Shown: positions 9,970 through 20,300 of the stretch, in pieces
How positions within the stretch are numbered: the stretch's first letter is position 1
Layout: each line of letters begins with the position of its first letter
Source of the DNA: an uncultured Verrucomicrobiae bacterium
Lineage (GTDB): Bacteria > Verrucomicrobiota > Verrucomicrobiia > Limisphaerales > Palsa-1400
DNA: 64,000 bases
Assembly: GCA_963764165.1 (NCBI GenBank)
Contig: CAVXRD010000002.1
Coordinates: 2,848,001-2,912,000 of the forward strand
Reading direction: 5' to 3'
Position numbers and translations under genes: made by a program
Notes under the pieces: generated by a model
Told to the model about the DNA's origin: nothing
Database searches by the model: none
What the model saw: only the letters and a program-made list of their open reading frames with translations

Positions 9970-10107
9970 AAGCCTTTTCTGGTTATGGCTTGCTCACGCT
10001 GGGCAGAAAACAACATTTAGTTGACGGGCGTACTGCCCCATTTTGACAGGATGTAAAGTGTTTATGGGAAGCTGTTTGAGTGTTTTGACTTGTGTTTTGC
10101 TCCCCAA

Positions 10108-10123
10108 TGGCATCCGCTTTGCT
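10108..10123 (+). promoter_or_regulatory. Sigma54 (-24/-12) promoter of glnK-amtB
   Basis: TGGCAT-CCGCT-TTGCT with exact GG-N10-GC spacing, 43 nt upstream of the P-II start. Confidence 0.85.
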
Positions 10124-10127
10124 TTGA

Positions 10128-10505
<378 letters not shown>

Positions 10506-10537
10506 TACCGCTCCCACGGCCAAGTTCCTCCGCAACT

Positions 10538-12028
10538 ATGAAACAACACCTGAGCCTTTTGTTTTTATTGATCGCGCTGGCTGGCGCTTTCAACCTCAAC
10601 GCCCAATCCAATGCTCCCGCTGTCAAACGCGCGGACCCGACCCTCGAACAGCGGGTGGCGGATCTCGAATCCTACGTCAACAACACGCCTCGTTTGGCCG
10701 ACAACACGAATAATGTCAGCTCCAAACTCGGCAGCTACGACGACAAGTCCAACACGTTCACGCCGAATCCCGGTCCCGGCCATAACGGGTGGATGATGGT
10801 GTCGGCGGCCTTGGTGCTGTTCATGACGCTCCCCGGGTTGGCGCTCTTTTACGGCGGCTTGGTGCGCCGGAAAAACATTCTTTCGGTCATGGCGCAGTGC
10901 ATGTTGCTGGCTGGGTTGGTGACGATCCTGTGGTATTTCTGCGGATACAGCCTGGTGTTTCACAAGGGCAATCCGTTCCTCGGCAATTTGGATTTTGCGA
11001 TGTTGAGGGGCGTCGATTCGAGCCCGAACACGGATTATTCCCCGTGGGTTTCGCAAAACGTCTACGCGATGTATCAATTGATGTTCGCGATCATCACCCC
11101 GGCGTTGATTTTGGGCGCCATCGCCGAGCGCATGAAATTTTCGGCGGTGCTGGTGTTCATGCTGGTGTGGATGTTTGTGGTTTATTTCCCAGTCGCCCAC
11201 ATGGTTTGGGGCATTGACGGTTACATGAACGGCGTATCCAACGCGACGGCCGGAATTCGGGCCATTGATTTTGCCGGTGGAACGGTGGTCCACATGACCT
11301 CAGGATGGTCGGCCCTCATCTTGTGCATGATCATCGGCAAACGGCGCGGTTTTGGAAAAGAGAACTTCGCTCCGCATAGCATGGTGCTTTGCATGATCGG
11401 CACCGGAATGCTTTGGGTAGGCTGGTATGGTTTCAACGCCGGCAGCGCGGTGGCGGCTGACGTGATCGCGGCCAATGCATTCACCACAACCACGCTGGCG
11501 ACTGCGGTGGCTTCCTTTGTGTGGCCGATGGCGGAATGGATTGTTCGCGGGAAACCGAGCGTGCTTGGATTCTGTTCCGGCGCGGTGGCGGGATTGGTGG
11601 TCATCACTCCGGCTTGCGGATTCGTGACGCCCGATGGCGCGATGGTCATCGGTGTTTTTGCCGGACTAGTCCCGTGGTTTTTCTGCTACAAGGTTAAGGG
11701 ATGGTTCGGATATGACGATGCTCTGGATACCTTCGGCGTTCACGCTGTCGGTGGAACGATGGGCGCGTTGCTGACAGGCTTTCTGGCGCGAAATGTCGCG
11801 AACGGCAATTTGGTGACGAATTTGGGCAAATATGTGACCGACAAGCCAATGCAACCGCTCGTCTTCGAACAAGTGAAGGCGATTGGCGTTACTTTGGCTC
11901 TGGCCGTCGTCGGCACGGTCGTGATCGGTTATGTGGTAAAGGCTCTGATCGGATTGCGACCGAGCGAGGAATCCGAATCCATCGGCCTCGACCTGGCCGA
12001 GCACGAGGAAGAGGGCTATCACGGATAA
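10538..12028 (+). CDS. amtB: Ammonium transporter
   Basis: PGLALFYGGLVR, DFAGGTVVH, WYGFNAGS, DDALDTFGVHAVGG (twin His); signal peptide. Confidence 0.97.
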   Translation: MKQHLSLLFLLIALAGAFNLNAQSNAPAVKRADPTLEQRVADLESYVNNTPRLADNTNNVSSKLGSYDDKSNTFTPNPGPGHNGWMMVSAALVLFMTLPGLALFYGGLVRRKNILSVMAQCMLLAGLVTILWYFCGYSLVFHKGNPFLGNLDFAMLRGVDSSPNTDYSPWVSQNVYAMYQLMFAIITPALILGAIAERMKFSAVLVFMLVWMFVVYFPVAHMVWGIDGYMNGVSNATAGIRAIDFAGGTVVHMTSGWSALILCMIIGKRRGFGKENFAPHSMVLCMIGTGMLWVGWYGFNAGSAVAADVIAANAFTTTTLATAVASFVWPMAEWIVRGKPSVLGFCSGAVAGLVVITPACGFVTPDGAMVIGVFAGLVPWFFCYKVKGWFGYDDALDTFGVHAVGGTMGALLTGFLARNVANGNLVTNLGKYVTDKPMQPLVFEQVKAIGVTLALAVVGTVVIGYVVKALIGLRPSEESESIGLDLAEHEEEGYHG

Positions 12029-12108
12029 TCTAGCGTTCCGTTGAGCCAATAAATGCGGACGGGAGCCGCGATTGGCACAACGGGACGTCTGTCAACTTAC
12101 CGGCAGGC

Positions 12109-12175
12109 CGACAGCCGTATCTCCGGTCAAAACAAAATCGGCGGCAATCTCACTTGCGCCTCACCGGCCTTTAGT
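12109..12175 (+). repeat. Degenerate partial copy (right arm plus tail) of MITE family A
   Basis: CTCCGGTCAAAACAAAATCGGCGGCAATCTCACTTGCGCCTCACC..CTTTAGT matches the tails at 31352-31405 (reverse) and 44447-44501. Confidence 0.7.
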
Positions 12176-12259
12176 TCACCACCGATCACCCGACGAAAAT
12201 TGAAATTGATTGGCATTCTCGAACGCATAGAGGAACATTTGCGCTGATTCGCTTCCGAG

Positions 12260-13876
12260 ATGGCTTACGACAACCAAGATAGTTTGACGCATTACGTAAT
12301 CGGGTCCGGCCCCGCGGGTGTGGCGTGCGCGCACGCATTGCTTCAGCGTGGCGCGCGGGTTGTATTGCTGGATGCCGGCGTGGCGCTGGAGGATTCGCGC
12401 GTTGAAGTGGTGGCCCGAATGGCAGCGCGCCCCCCGCAAGCATGGACCCCCGAAGATTTGCGTTCATTCAAAGCTGGAATGAGCGCCGATGCCAAGGGCA
12501 TTCCCCTCAAGCTTGCCTACGGATCCGACTATCCATATCGCGAGGCGGATATTCACGTCCCAGCCGACTACGATGGGGTGGCGCTGCGTCCGTCGCTGGG
12601 ACTCGGCGGTTTCAGCGCGGTGTGGGGGGCGGCAATGATGCCTTACTCGCAAGCCAGCATCGCAGGCTGGCCGATAAGCGCTGCCGATTTGGCCGAGCAT
12701 TACGCGGCTGTTCTCCAGCTCACCGGGATCTCCGCCGTGCATGACCCGCTGGAGGAAATTTTCCCTCTGCACGCGAATCCCGAAGCAGCCCTGGCCTTGA
12801 GCAAGCAGGCGCAAATCCTGCACGGAAATCTGAAAAGACGGGAGGCGGCGCTGGAGGCGGCGGGGATTCATTTTGGCCAGGCGCGCACCGCAGTGAAGGC
12901 CGGAAAGAACGGATGCGTTTATTGCGGCCTGTGCATGTACGGGTGCCCGTATGGTTTTATATATAATTCAGAACAGACCCTGCGAGAGTTGAGACGGAAT
13001 CCAAACTTCCAATGGCGCACGAACAGCATGGTTTCGAAGCTTCGGGAAACAGGCGACCGTGTATTGATTACGGGGTATGAACGCGCCAGCCGGAAGCCGT
13101 TTGAAATGGAAGCAAGCCGTGCCTATCTGGCAACCGGTGTCATTCCCACCGCGAACATCGTTCTCCAATCTTTGGGCAGATACGACCGTCCCATCCATTT
13201 GAAAGACAGCCAGTATTTTTTGTTCCCGCTTTTATTGGCGCGCAGCAGCGGCGATGTGCGCCGCGAGGCCCTGCATACATTGAGCCAATTGTTCGTGGAA
13301 ATCTTTGACGAGCAAGTCACGAAGCAGCCGGTGCATTTGCAGGTCTACAGCTACAATGATCTTGTCGGCCAGGCGGTTCGCAAATCATTTGGCCCGGCGG
13401 CGGGTTTGCTGGAGTGGATGGCCCGCGCGTTGGAAAATCGGCTGCTCATCGTCCAAGGCTACCTGCATTCGGATCATTCCTCGCAAATCAGCGTCACCTT
13501 GAAAAAAGGCGGTGGCGGTCCGGATCGTTTGCAGCTCCGCGCCGAACTTAATTCGCAGGTCCGCCCGGCCATCGGGCGGGTCTTGAGAAAACTTCGGCGG
13601 CACGCGGCGCAGTTCGGCGCCTTTCCGCTTTCGCCGATGCTGCAAGTGGCCGACCCGGGACGGGGCTTTCACAGCGGAGGCGACTTTCCGATGCGGCGAA
13701 ATCCGGGTGAATTGGAGACGGATACAATGGGGCGGCTGCCGGGCTGGCGCCGCACGCATATCGTGGATGCGTCCGTGCTGCCGGAAATTCCAGCCACCCA
13801 AATCACCCTCTCCGTGATGGCCAACGCCCATCGCATCGCCTGGCACTCCGCGGAAAGCTCCTCCCAAAAATTGTGA
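12260..13876 (+). CDS. GMC-family FAD-dependent oxidoreductase with CxxCxxCxxxC motif
   Basis: VIGSGPAG Rossmann fold, GLGGFSAVWG, CVYCGLCMYGCP, HSGG, VDASVLP..TLSVMANA. Confidence 0.85.
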   Translation: MAYDNQDSLTHYVIGSGPAGVACAHALLQRGARVVLLDAGVALEDSRVEVVARMAARPPQAWTPEDLRSFKAGMSADAKGIPLKLAYGSDYPYREADIHVPADYDGVALRPSLGLGGFSAVWGAAMMPYSQASIAGWPISAADLAEHYAAVLQLTGISAVHDPLEEIFPLHANPEAALALSKQAQILHGNLKRREAALEAAGIHFGQARTAVKAGKNGCVYCGLCMYGCPYGFIYNSEQTLRELRRNPNFQWRTNSMVSKLRETGDRVLITGYERASRKPFEMEASRAYLATGVIPTANIVLQSLGRYDRPIHLKDSQYFLFPLLLARSSGDVRREALHTLSQLFVEIFDEQVTKQPVHLQVYSYNDLVGQAVRKSFGPAAGLLEWMARALENRLLIVQGYLHSDHSSQISVTLKKGGGGPDRLQLRAELNSQVRPAIGRVLRKLRRHAAQFGAFPLSPMLQVADPGRGFHSGGDFPMRRNPGELETDTMGRLPGWRRTHIVDASVLPEIPATQITLSVMANAHRIAWHSAESSSQKL

Positions 13877-14736
13877 AAAGAATTTGCGCCATCACTGGAA
13901 GCCGCGGCTATGTCGGCAGTTGCCTGAAGAATTTTTTTGCTTCCAATGGCTGGGAAGTTCTTGAATTGACGCGGCAGCCTGCGGGGGGCGGACGAGCCGT
14001 TTCGTTTCAATTGGGGAGCGACCTCGCCCCGGCGGCGCTGGCGGGGGTGGAGGCGCTGGTGCATTGCGCTTATGATTTCGGCCCGTTGCGCCGCGAAGAA
14101 ATTCATGCCGTCAACGTGGTGGGCACGGAAAAGCTATTGCGAGCCGCGAAAACGGCAGGCGTAAAAAACATTGTTCAAATTTCGACGATCAGCGCTTATC
14201 CAGGCTGCCGCTCACTTTACGGCCAGGCCAAGCTGGAGATCGAAGCCCGGGCGCTGGCGGCTGGCGCCCAGGTGATCCGGCCCGGCTTGGTTTATGGGCG
14301 CGGGCCGGGCGGCATGTTTGGACGCCTCACGCTGCAGGTGAGAAAATCCTCCGTTATTCCGCTCATAGGCGACGGCTCACAAATCCAGTTCTTAGTGCAT
14401 CAGGATGATTTGTCGGCGCTGGCCGTCCGATGCGCGAGCGGAGAAGTGAACTTCTCGCCGCGAATTCTGACCGCGGCAAACGATCAACCTTGGCCGTTCC
14501 GAAAATTGCTTCAGGAAATCGCCCGCGCTCTTAACAAGAAAATCTCGTTTATACCGCTCCCATGGCGCCTGGTTTGGGCCGGATTAAAAACGGCGGAGCA
14601 ATGCGGATTGCGATTGAATTTCCGCAGCGACAGCCTTGTGAGCTTGATGCATCAAAATCCGTCGCCGGATTTTTCGGTGAACGCTGCTGTTGGGCTCGTT
14701 TGCAGGCCGTTTTCGGTGCAGGGTTTGGAACTCTGA
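13873..14736 (+). CDS. NAD-dependent epimerase/dehydratase (extended SDR)
   Basis: TGSRGYVG, YGQAK (YxxxK), RPGLVYG; GTGA overlap with the GMC gene. Confidence 0.9.
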   Translation: MKRICAITGSRGYVGSCLKNFFASNGWEVLELTRQPAGGGRAVSFQLGSDLAPAALAGVEALVHCAYDFGPLRREEIHAVNVVGTEKLLRAAKTAGVKNIVQISTISAYPGCRSLYGQAKLEIEARALAAGAQVIRPGLVYGRGPGGMFGRLTLQVRKSSVIPLIGDGSQIQFLVHQDDLSALAVRCASGEVNFSPRILTAANDQPWPFRKLLQEIARALNKKISFIPLPWRLVWAGLKTAEQCGLRLNFRSDSLVSLMHQNPSPDFSVNAAVGLVCRPFSVQGLEL

Positions 14737-14770
14737 GCGCGCAGCGGGCGCAGGTTGGCAGGTAAATGTT

Positions 14771-16669
14771 TTAGGGGCGCAAGTGGACGAGATACAGATG
14801 CATGGGTGGGCTGGCTGGAATCAGTCTGAAGGTTAACTCACTCGCCACGTCGCCGTGATAGCTCTCCGCCCACTGCGAAATCGTTTGCGGCGCTGGCAAC
14901 GCGAAATCATCAACTACGACGTAATGCATGTTTTGCGCCCGCAGCGTGTCAAGAGAATCGCCTGCCACAACTCGTTCAACTCGCCGCGAGCCAAGAGGCA
15001 TCCAAAAGCCGGGCTCGGAGGCTCCGCACGTTGTGGCGTATCCGACCAGATTTTCTCCCGACAACCCATTGGTTTGAAGGAATTCTCGCTGGGCTTTGAC
15101 CGCTGCTCTGGAGACGTAGTAGTCGCCAAAAGTCGATAGAAACTTGCTCTTGGGGTGCGTGACTTGCAGTTGATTCACGAGGGTGGGAGGCACGAAGTCC
15201 CGGCACCGGCTAAAGCCCAAATGGGCAACCGTGCATGCCATCATTAGCACGACGAGCCATCGCCACCAGCGTTGCTGAACGAGGAACGCGTGTCCGGGCG
15301 ACATCAGAATCAAAGGAAACAGCAGCACATAGTAGGGCGCGGCTTGGCGGGCATTCTGGTAAGTTCCCGCCTTGGCTAGAAACGCCGTGAGGCATACCCA
15401 TGGAGCCAGTCGAAGCAGCCAAAGCCAGCCAGCCACCGGTGGGACAGCAGCTTGGCGCAACCGGTAGCGCCATGCGCCCCATATCGAAATCAGCGCCACC
15501 ATCACCACGATCAGTCCGAGGCCGGCATTGCCTGAGGTTATCGCGCGCTCCAAATGCCCGAAATGCTCAAATTGGGTGAAATGGGCTCCCAGCGGTGTTT
15601 TCAGGAAGCGTTCCATCGCGTCATTCCAAGCCGGTGCAAACGGGAAGAACGGCGGCTCAAGGTTTTGCACTGGGAAACAGAATGCGTTCCCGATCAAGCC
15701 CCACACCGGCGAGGTCAGTTCCTGCTGACGACCCCAAGTTAGAGTTGCAGACCCGCCATCCTTCGGGAAACCCGACCATGTGCCGACATATTTCAGGTTC
15801 AGGCAAGTAGCGGTGACTGCCGAAATCAGAATCCCCAAGGTGGCAACAAGGATGGCGACGGCTGGTCGTTGCAACCAGAGCCGGCGCGCCTGCCAGGCCG
15901 CAATCATCCAAGGCAATAACAAGGGCAGATTGGTTTGCTTCACACCTGTCAACAGGGCCGCGGCCAGCACGGAAATCCACCAATCGCGAGCATCTCCGTT
16001 CTTCGCCGCGCGCAACGCAAAGAGTATCGCAGCCATCACGTAAACCGCAGCCATGCTGTCGTTTGTGCTTGAATACGCCTGCTGCGCAAAACACCACCCC
16101 AGCGACAGATTCCATGTCCACCACCAAGCCACACGGCCCGGCATTTTTAATTGGCGGAATAGCGCAAAAATCAATCCCGGCAGGCAGGCAAATGAGAATA
16201 TGTTTATGAGACATAACCAGCGATCATTTCCGATGAAGAGCACCAATGGCGTGAACAACCATTCAAAACCCGCGGCGGCGATGTTCATGCGGGAATCGCC
16301 AGTGTGAATCCAATGCCACCGGCCCTCGGCCAGCCAGTGCAACACGCGCGGTATTCGGTAGGCATCGGTATCCCAATTGCCTGGACGCTGAACGAGGGCG
16401 GCGGCCAGGCTAAGCAGAAGCGCCAGTAGATAGAGCAGCGGAGCGGGCCGCTTGAATCGGCGCGAAAGCTTGCGCGCCGCCCGCGCGATTTTTTCCCGAA
16501 AATTCCCCTCGAACTTGGGTCGCGCGCAAACGACGAAGACCAGAGCCGCCACCACAAAGCTGATGGCGTATCCGGTTCGGTTCAGCGCGTGGAAGGCGGA
16601 CAAAATCCAGCCGTCGGCCACAAGGAGAGCCGAAAGCAGAATCCAGGCGCGGATGGCTGCGAGCATCAT
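14771..16669 (-). CDS. Polytopic membrane protein, probable GT-C-fold glycosyltransferase
   Basis: Many TM segments; NWDTDAYRIPRVLHW first loop, STNDSM, GVKQTN; directly downstream of a GT2. Confidence 0.65.
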   Translation of the reverse strand: MMLAAIRAWILLSALLVADGWILSAFHALNRTGYAISFVVAALVFVVCARPKFEGNFREKIARAARKLSRRFKRPAPLLYLLALLLSLAAALVQRPGNWDTDAYRIPRVLHWLAEGRWHWIHTGDSRMNIAAAGFEWLFTPLVLFIGNDRWLCLINIFSFACLPGLIFALFRQLKMPGRVAWWWTWNLSLGWCFAQQAYSSTNDSMAAVYVMAAILFALRAAKNGDARDWWISVLAAALLTGVKQTNLPLLLPWMIAAWQARRLWLQRPAVAILVATLGILISAVTATCLNLKYVGTWSGFPKDGGSATLTWGRQQELTSPVWGLIGNAFCFPVQNLEPPFFPFAPAWNDAMERFLKTPLGAHFTQFEHFGHLERAITSGNAGLGLIVVMVALISIWGAWRYRLRQAAVPPVAGWLWLLRLAPWVCLTAFLAKAGTYQNARQAAPYYVLLFPLILMSPGHAFLVQQRWWRWLVVLMMACTVAHLGFSRCRDFVPPTLVNQLQVTHPKSKFLSTFGDYYVSRAAVKAQREFLQTNGLSGENLVGYATTCGASEPGFWMPLGSRRVERVVAGDSLDTLRAQNMHYVVVDDFALPAPQTISQWAESYHGDVASELTFRLIPASPPMHLYLVHLRP

Positions 16670-16675
16670 CGCTCG

Positions 16676-17863
16676 TCAGACGCCCGGCGGGCTCCGCCGA
16701 ACGGTTTTCAGCCCGAGCACGCTCATGAAAAAACTGGAAAAAATGGATTGAATTCCCAAGAGGATAAGCGTCGATGCGGGGATTAGGCGCCGCAGGTTGT
16801 CCTCCATGGCAGGCAACAGCCCAAAGTGCGCCTGTCCCCAATACCAAACGGCTCGGGCAAACAAAAGCGAACCCGCCAAAAGCACCACTGATCCCGCTAT
16901 AATTCCTTTTTCCAGCGTGAAAATTTTGAAAAGGCGGCTCAATTTCTCATCTTGCGGCAGCAGGCCTTCGCCAATCGCAAAAATCTTGGTGTAAAACGCA
17001 AACGCCACCAACTGGAATCCGACGATCACCGAAAGACTGGCCATGGTCAGCGTTCCCACATTAAATTGAACCCGTCCGATTTGAACATCCCCGACCGCAA
17101 GCATGGCGGAAAATAAAATTCCCAACGCGGAAAGGAAAAGCCCCGGCATCAAAAACAGCCATCGGGGCGAATAGACAAGCATGAAGCGCAAATGCCGCCA
17201 GCCATCACGCCACGGCCGCAAGTGCGGCGGGCGCGAACGCCCGTCTTTGTGCAGGGTTATTGGAACCTCGGCGATGCGGAACCGCTTCAGCGTCGCCTTG
17301 ATGACCATTTCGGACGCGAACTCCATGCCAGTCGTCTGCAAGTCCATTTTTTCGAGCGCCTCCTTGCTGAACGCCCGCAACCCAGCATGAAAATCGTGTG
17401 CCGGGCATTTGAAAAACAAACGGCCAATGAATGACAGGATCGGGTTGCCGATCCATCGATTCTTCCACGGCATGGCGCCAGGCATGATGGTGCCTCCTCC
17501 AATGGGCAGGCGGCAGCCCATCACCAGGTCGAAACCTTCCCGAAATTTTTTGACGAAGCGATCCGCCTCCGAGAAGTCATAGCTGTCATCGGCGTCACCC
17601 ATCAGGATGTATCTGCCTTTTGAGGCGGCGATGCCTCCGCGAAGAGCCGAGCCGTACCCTTTCTCCTTTACGGCAACGACGCGCGCACCCAGCTTTTCGG
17701 CTATGGCTTGAGATCCATCCGTGCTGCCGTTGTCGGCAACGACGATTTCCCCGGTGACGCCTGCGGATGCAATGCCTCGTTTCGCTTTCTCAATGCAGCG
17801 GGCCAGGGTTTCCGCTTCATTTAGGCAGGGCATCAGGATTGTCAACTCAACCGGGTCGGTCAT
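16676..17863 (-). CDS. GT2 glycosyltransferase, polyprenol-phosphate glycosyltransferase type, with C-terminal TMs
   Basis: ILMPCLNE, VADNGSTDGS, GYGSAL, MGDADDSYD, GMEFASEM, LRPWRDGWRHL. Confidence 0.9.
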   Translation of the reverse strand: MTDPVELTILMPCLNEAETLARCIEKAKRGIASAGVTGEIVVADNGSTDGSQAIAEKLGARVVAVKEKGYGSALRGGIAASKGRYILMGDADDSYDFSEADRFVKKFREGFDLVMGCRLPIGGGTIMPGAMPWKNRWIGNPILSFIGRLFFKCPAHDFHAGLRAFSKEALEKMDLQTTGMEFASEMVIKATLKRFRIAEVPITLHKDGRSRPPHLRPWRDGWRHLRFMLVYSPRWLFLMPGLFLSALGILFSAMLAVGDVQIGRVQFNVGTLTMASLSVIVGFQLVAFAFYTKIFAIGEGLLPQDEKLSRLFKIFTLEKGIIAGSVVLLAGSLLFARAVWYWGQAHFGLLPAMEDNLRRLIPASTLILLGIQSIFSSFFMSVLGLKTVRRSPPGV

Positions 17864-17997
17864 TTGCGATATGTAATATGCGGCACATGAAATTGGGAAG
17901 TCTAAAGTGCGAGTCCCAGCCCGCTTTCGGCTGCAATCGTGCCTCAAACAAATTTCTGTGACACCGCGCGCCCGGTGATTATACTTTCCCCACTATC

Positions 17998-19410
17998 GTG
18001 AGCACACCCAAGAGCGTCATCGAATCAGCCCACAAACAAGGCGCCCGGATGGTCGACATCAAGTTCGTCGACACCTTCGGCGCCTGGCAGCACTTCAGCG
18101 TCCCCGTCTCGGAATTGACCGAGGAGGTATTTAAAGAAGGTTATGGATTTGACGGTTCCTCCATTCGCGGTTGGAAATCCATCGAGGCTTCCGACATGCT
18201 CGCCATGCCCGATCCTTCGACCGCCTTCATCGATCCATTTTGCGGCGTCCCGACCTTGTCGCTGACCTGCACCATCGCCGAAACCGGCACCAAGGAAGCC
18301 TACAACCGCGATCCACGCGGCATCGCCCAGCGCGGCGAGAAATACCTTGCCTCAACCGGATTGGCCGACACGGCAGTTTTCGGGCCGGAGGCGGAATTTT
18401 TTATTTTTGACAACGTCCAGTTCGACAGCAAGTCCAACGGCTGCTCTTATTCCGTTGATTCCGAGGAAGCCGTGTGGAATACCGGGCGCGAGGAGCAGCC
18501 GAACCTTGGCTATAAAATCCGACACAAGGAAGGCTACTTCCCCGTCTCGCCGAATGACACGCAGCAGGACATCCGCACCGAAATGTGCCTGGTGATGGAG
18601 CAATTGGGCATCAAAGTCGAGCGCCAGCACCACGAGGTGGCGACGGCGGGGCAGGCGGAAATTGATTTTCGTTTTGACACGCTGGTGAAGACGGCGGACA
18701 CGATGATGCTTTACAAATACATCGTCAAAAACGTTGCCCGCAAACACGGCAAAACCGTGACCTTCATGCCGAAGCCGCTTTATGGCGACAACGGCTCCGG
18801 CATGCACACGCACCAGAGTTTGTGGAAAAAGGGCAAACCGCTTTTTGCCGGCAAGGAATACGCGGGCTTGAGCCAGATGGCACTTTACTACATTGGCGGC
18901 ATTCTGAAACACGCGCGCGCCCTATGCGGCTTGTGCAATCCCACCACCAACAGCTACAAGCGATTGGTTCCCGGATACGAAGCGCCCGTCAACCTGGCTT
19001 ACTCCGCTCGCAATCGCAGCGCAGCCATCCGCATCCCGACCTTCAGCGACAATCCCAAGGCCAAACGAATCGAATATCGCCCGCCCGATCCCGCCGCCAA
19101 TCCGTATCTCGCCTACACCGCCCTCTTGATGGCCGGGCTTGACGGAGTCTTGAACAAAATCGACCCTGGCCAGCCGCTCGACAAAAACATTTACGAACTT
19201 CCGCCAGAAGAAGCCGCCAAGGTTCCGAACGTTCCGTCCAGCCTGGGAGAGGCGCTTGATTGCCTGGAGCGCGACCATGAATTTTTGCTGGCGGGCAGCG
19301 TCTTCACCCGCGATTTCCTGGAAATGTGGATCAGCCACAAACGCAAAGAGCACGACGCCCTGCGCCTTCGCCCGCATCCCTATGAATTCCACTTGTATTA
19401 TGATGTGTAA
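17998..19410 (+). CDS. glnA: Glutamine synthetase type I
   Basis: [43 protein letters not shown], adenylylation-site-like NIYELPP; GTG start. Confidence 0.98.
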   Translation: MSTPKSVIESAHKQGARMVDIKFVDTFGAWQHFSVPVSELTEEVFKEGYGFDGSSIRGWKSIEASDMLAMPDPSTAFIDPFCGVPTLSLTCTIAETGTKEAYNRDPRGIAQRGEKYLASTGLADTAVFGPEAEFFIFDNVQFDSKSNGCSYSVDSEEAVWNTGREEQPNLGYKIRHKEGYFPVSPNDTQQDIRTEMCLVMEQLGIKVERQHHEVATAGQAEIDFRFDTLVKTADTMMLYKYIVKNVARKHGKTVTFMPKPLYGDNGSGMHTHQSLWKKGKPLFAGKEYAGLSQMALYYIGGILKHARALCGLCNPTTNSYKRLVPGYEAPVNLAYSARNRSAAIRIPTFSDNPKAKRIEYRPPDPAANPYLAYTALLMAGLDGVLNKIDPGQPLDKNIYELPPEEAAKVPNVPSSLGEALDCLERDHEFLLAGSVFTRDFLEMWISHKRKEHDALRLRPHPYEFHLYYDV

Positions 19411-19413
19411 AAG

Positions 19414-19439
19414 GTAGGGACGCCTCGCCGAGGCGTCCG
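19414..19439 (+). repeat. GTAG-type REP hairpin
   Basis: GTAGGGACGCCTCGCCGAGGCGTCCG; a related inverted copy lies at about 24017-24043. Confidence 0.7.
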
Positions 19440-19502
19440 GGCTGAGTCATTATCCAGACATCAACCCGCAATAGAACTGAAACAAAGCTAACAAACAAAT
19501 CT

Positions 19503-20078
19503 ATGAGCCAATTGTTTGCCATTTGTTATATAATTCCCGTCGTAATGCTATCTGGCTGCTGCCAGCCCGCCCCGCGAATGAGCGATGCTTCGCTTCCCAG
19601 CAAGCCAACTCGCGCAGTGGATCCTTTGCTTGACGCGATGACGGGCAAGTGGGTTGCCAGTGTAACCGTCATGGGCACGCAGCGCGTGGATGACATCGAT
19701 GCAAAGTGGATTCTGAACGGCGGTTATTTGCAATTGCACGAACTGTCCGAGAAAAAAGATACAGCAGGCAAATCCGTCTACGAAGCCATCGTCCTGATGG
19801 AGATCGATCCAAAAACGCACGAATACAATTGCCTCTGGCTCGACACGACAGGCGGCGGCGGCCTGTCGCCACACCACACCATCGGCCAGGGGAAAATGGA
19901 AGGCGACTCCATTCCGCTCCTCTTCAAATCGAGCAACGGCGACCTCTTTCATACAACCTTCGTCTACAACCGCAGCGAGAACACGTGGAAATGGATTCTT
20001 GATGGCGAGTCCGACGGCAAGCTTGAACCCTTCGCGCGTTTGACATTAACGAAAGCCTCTGCGCGTTCCGAGCACTAG
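19503..20078 (+). CDS. Putative lipoprotein, DUF1579-like beta-barrel
   Basis: Lipobox-like LSGC; GKW...KWILNGGYLQ...WLDTTG. Confidence 0.65.
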   Translation: MSQLFAICYIIPVVMLSGCCQPAPRMSDASLPSKPTRAVDPLLDAMTGKWVASVTVMGTQRVDDIDAKWILNGGYLQLHELSEKKDTAGKSVYEAIVLMEIDPKTHEYNCLWLDTTGGGGLSPHHTIGQGKMEGDSIPLLFKSSNGDLFHTTFVYNRSENTWKWILDGESDGKLEPFARLTLTKASARSEH

Positions 20079-20118
20079 CGAAGCTGCCAACGAACCTTGG
20101 CAGTGGGCGCAAATGCCA

Positions 20119-20300
20119 GCATCCCGGCAGGGATGCAAGCTTGTAGCCGGTGGTTGAGCGAAGCGATACCACCGGAAAATGTCCCAAAAACCTCCTGCAT
20201 CCTGGAAGGATGCCAGCATGAATTGTCGCACCGCCATGAGGCTGTCATCCCTGCCGGGATGAGTCGTTATATTCTTTGGGTCCGGTGGTGTCGCTCCGCT
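20119..20300. repeat. REP cluster (GCATCCC..GGGATGC and CCGGTGG..CCACCGG hairpins), continued at 21601-21646 after the IS
   Basis: Palindromes at 20119-20136, about 20198-20213 and 20246-20261. 20138-20176 is the inverted counterpart of the arm split by the IS. Confidence 0.8.
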
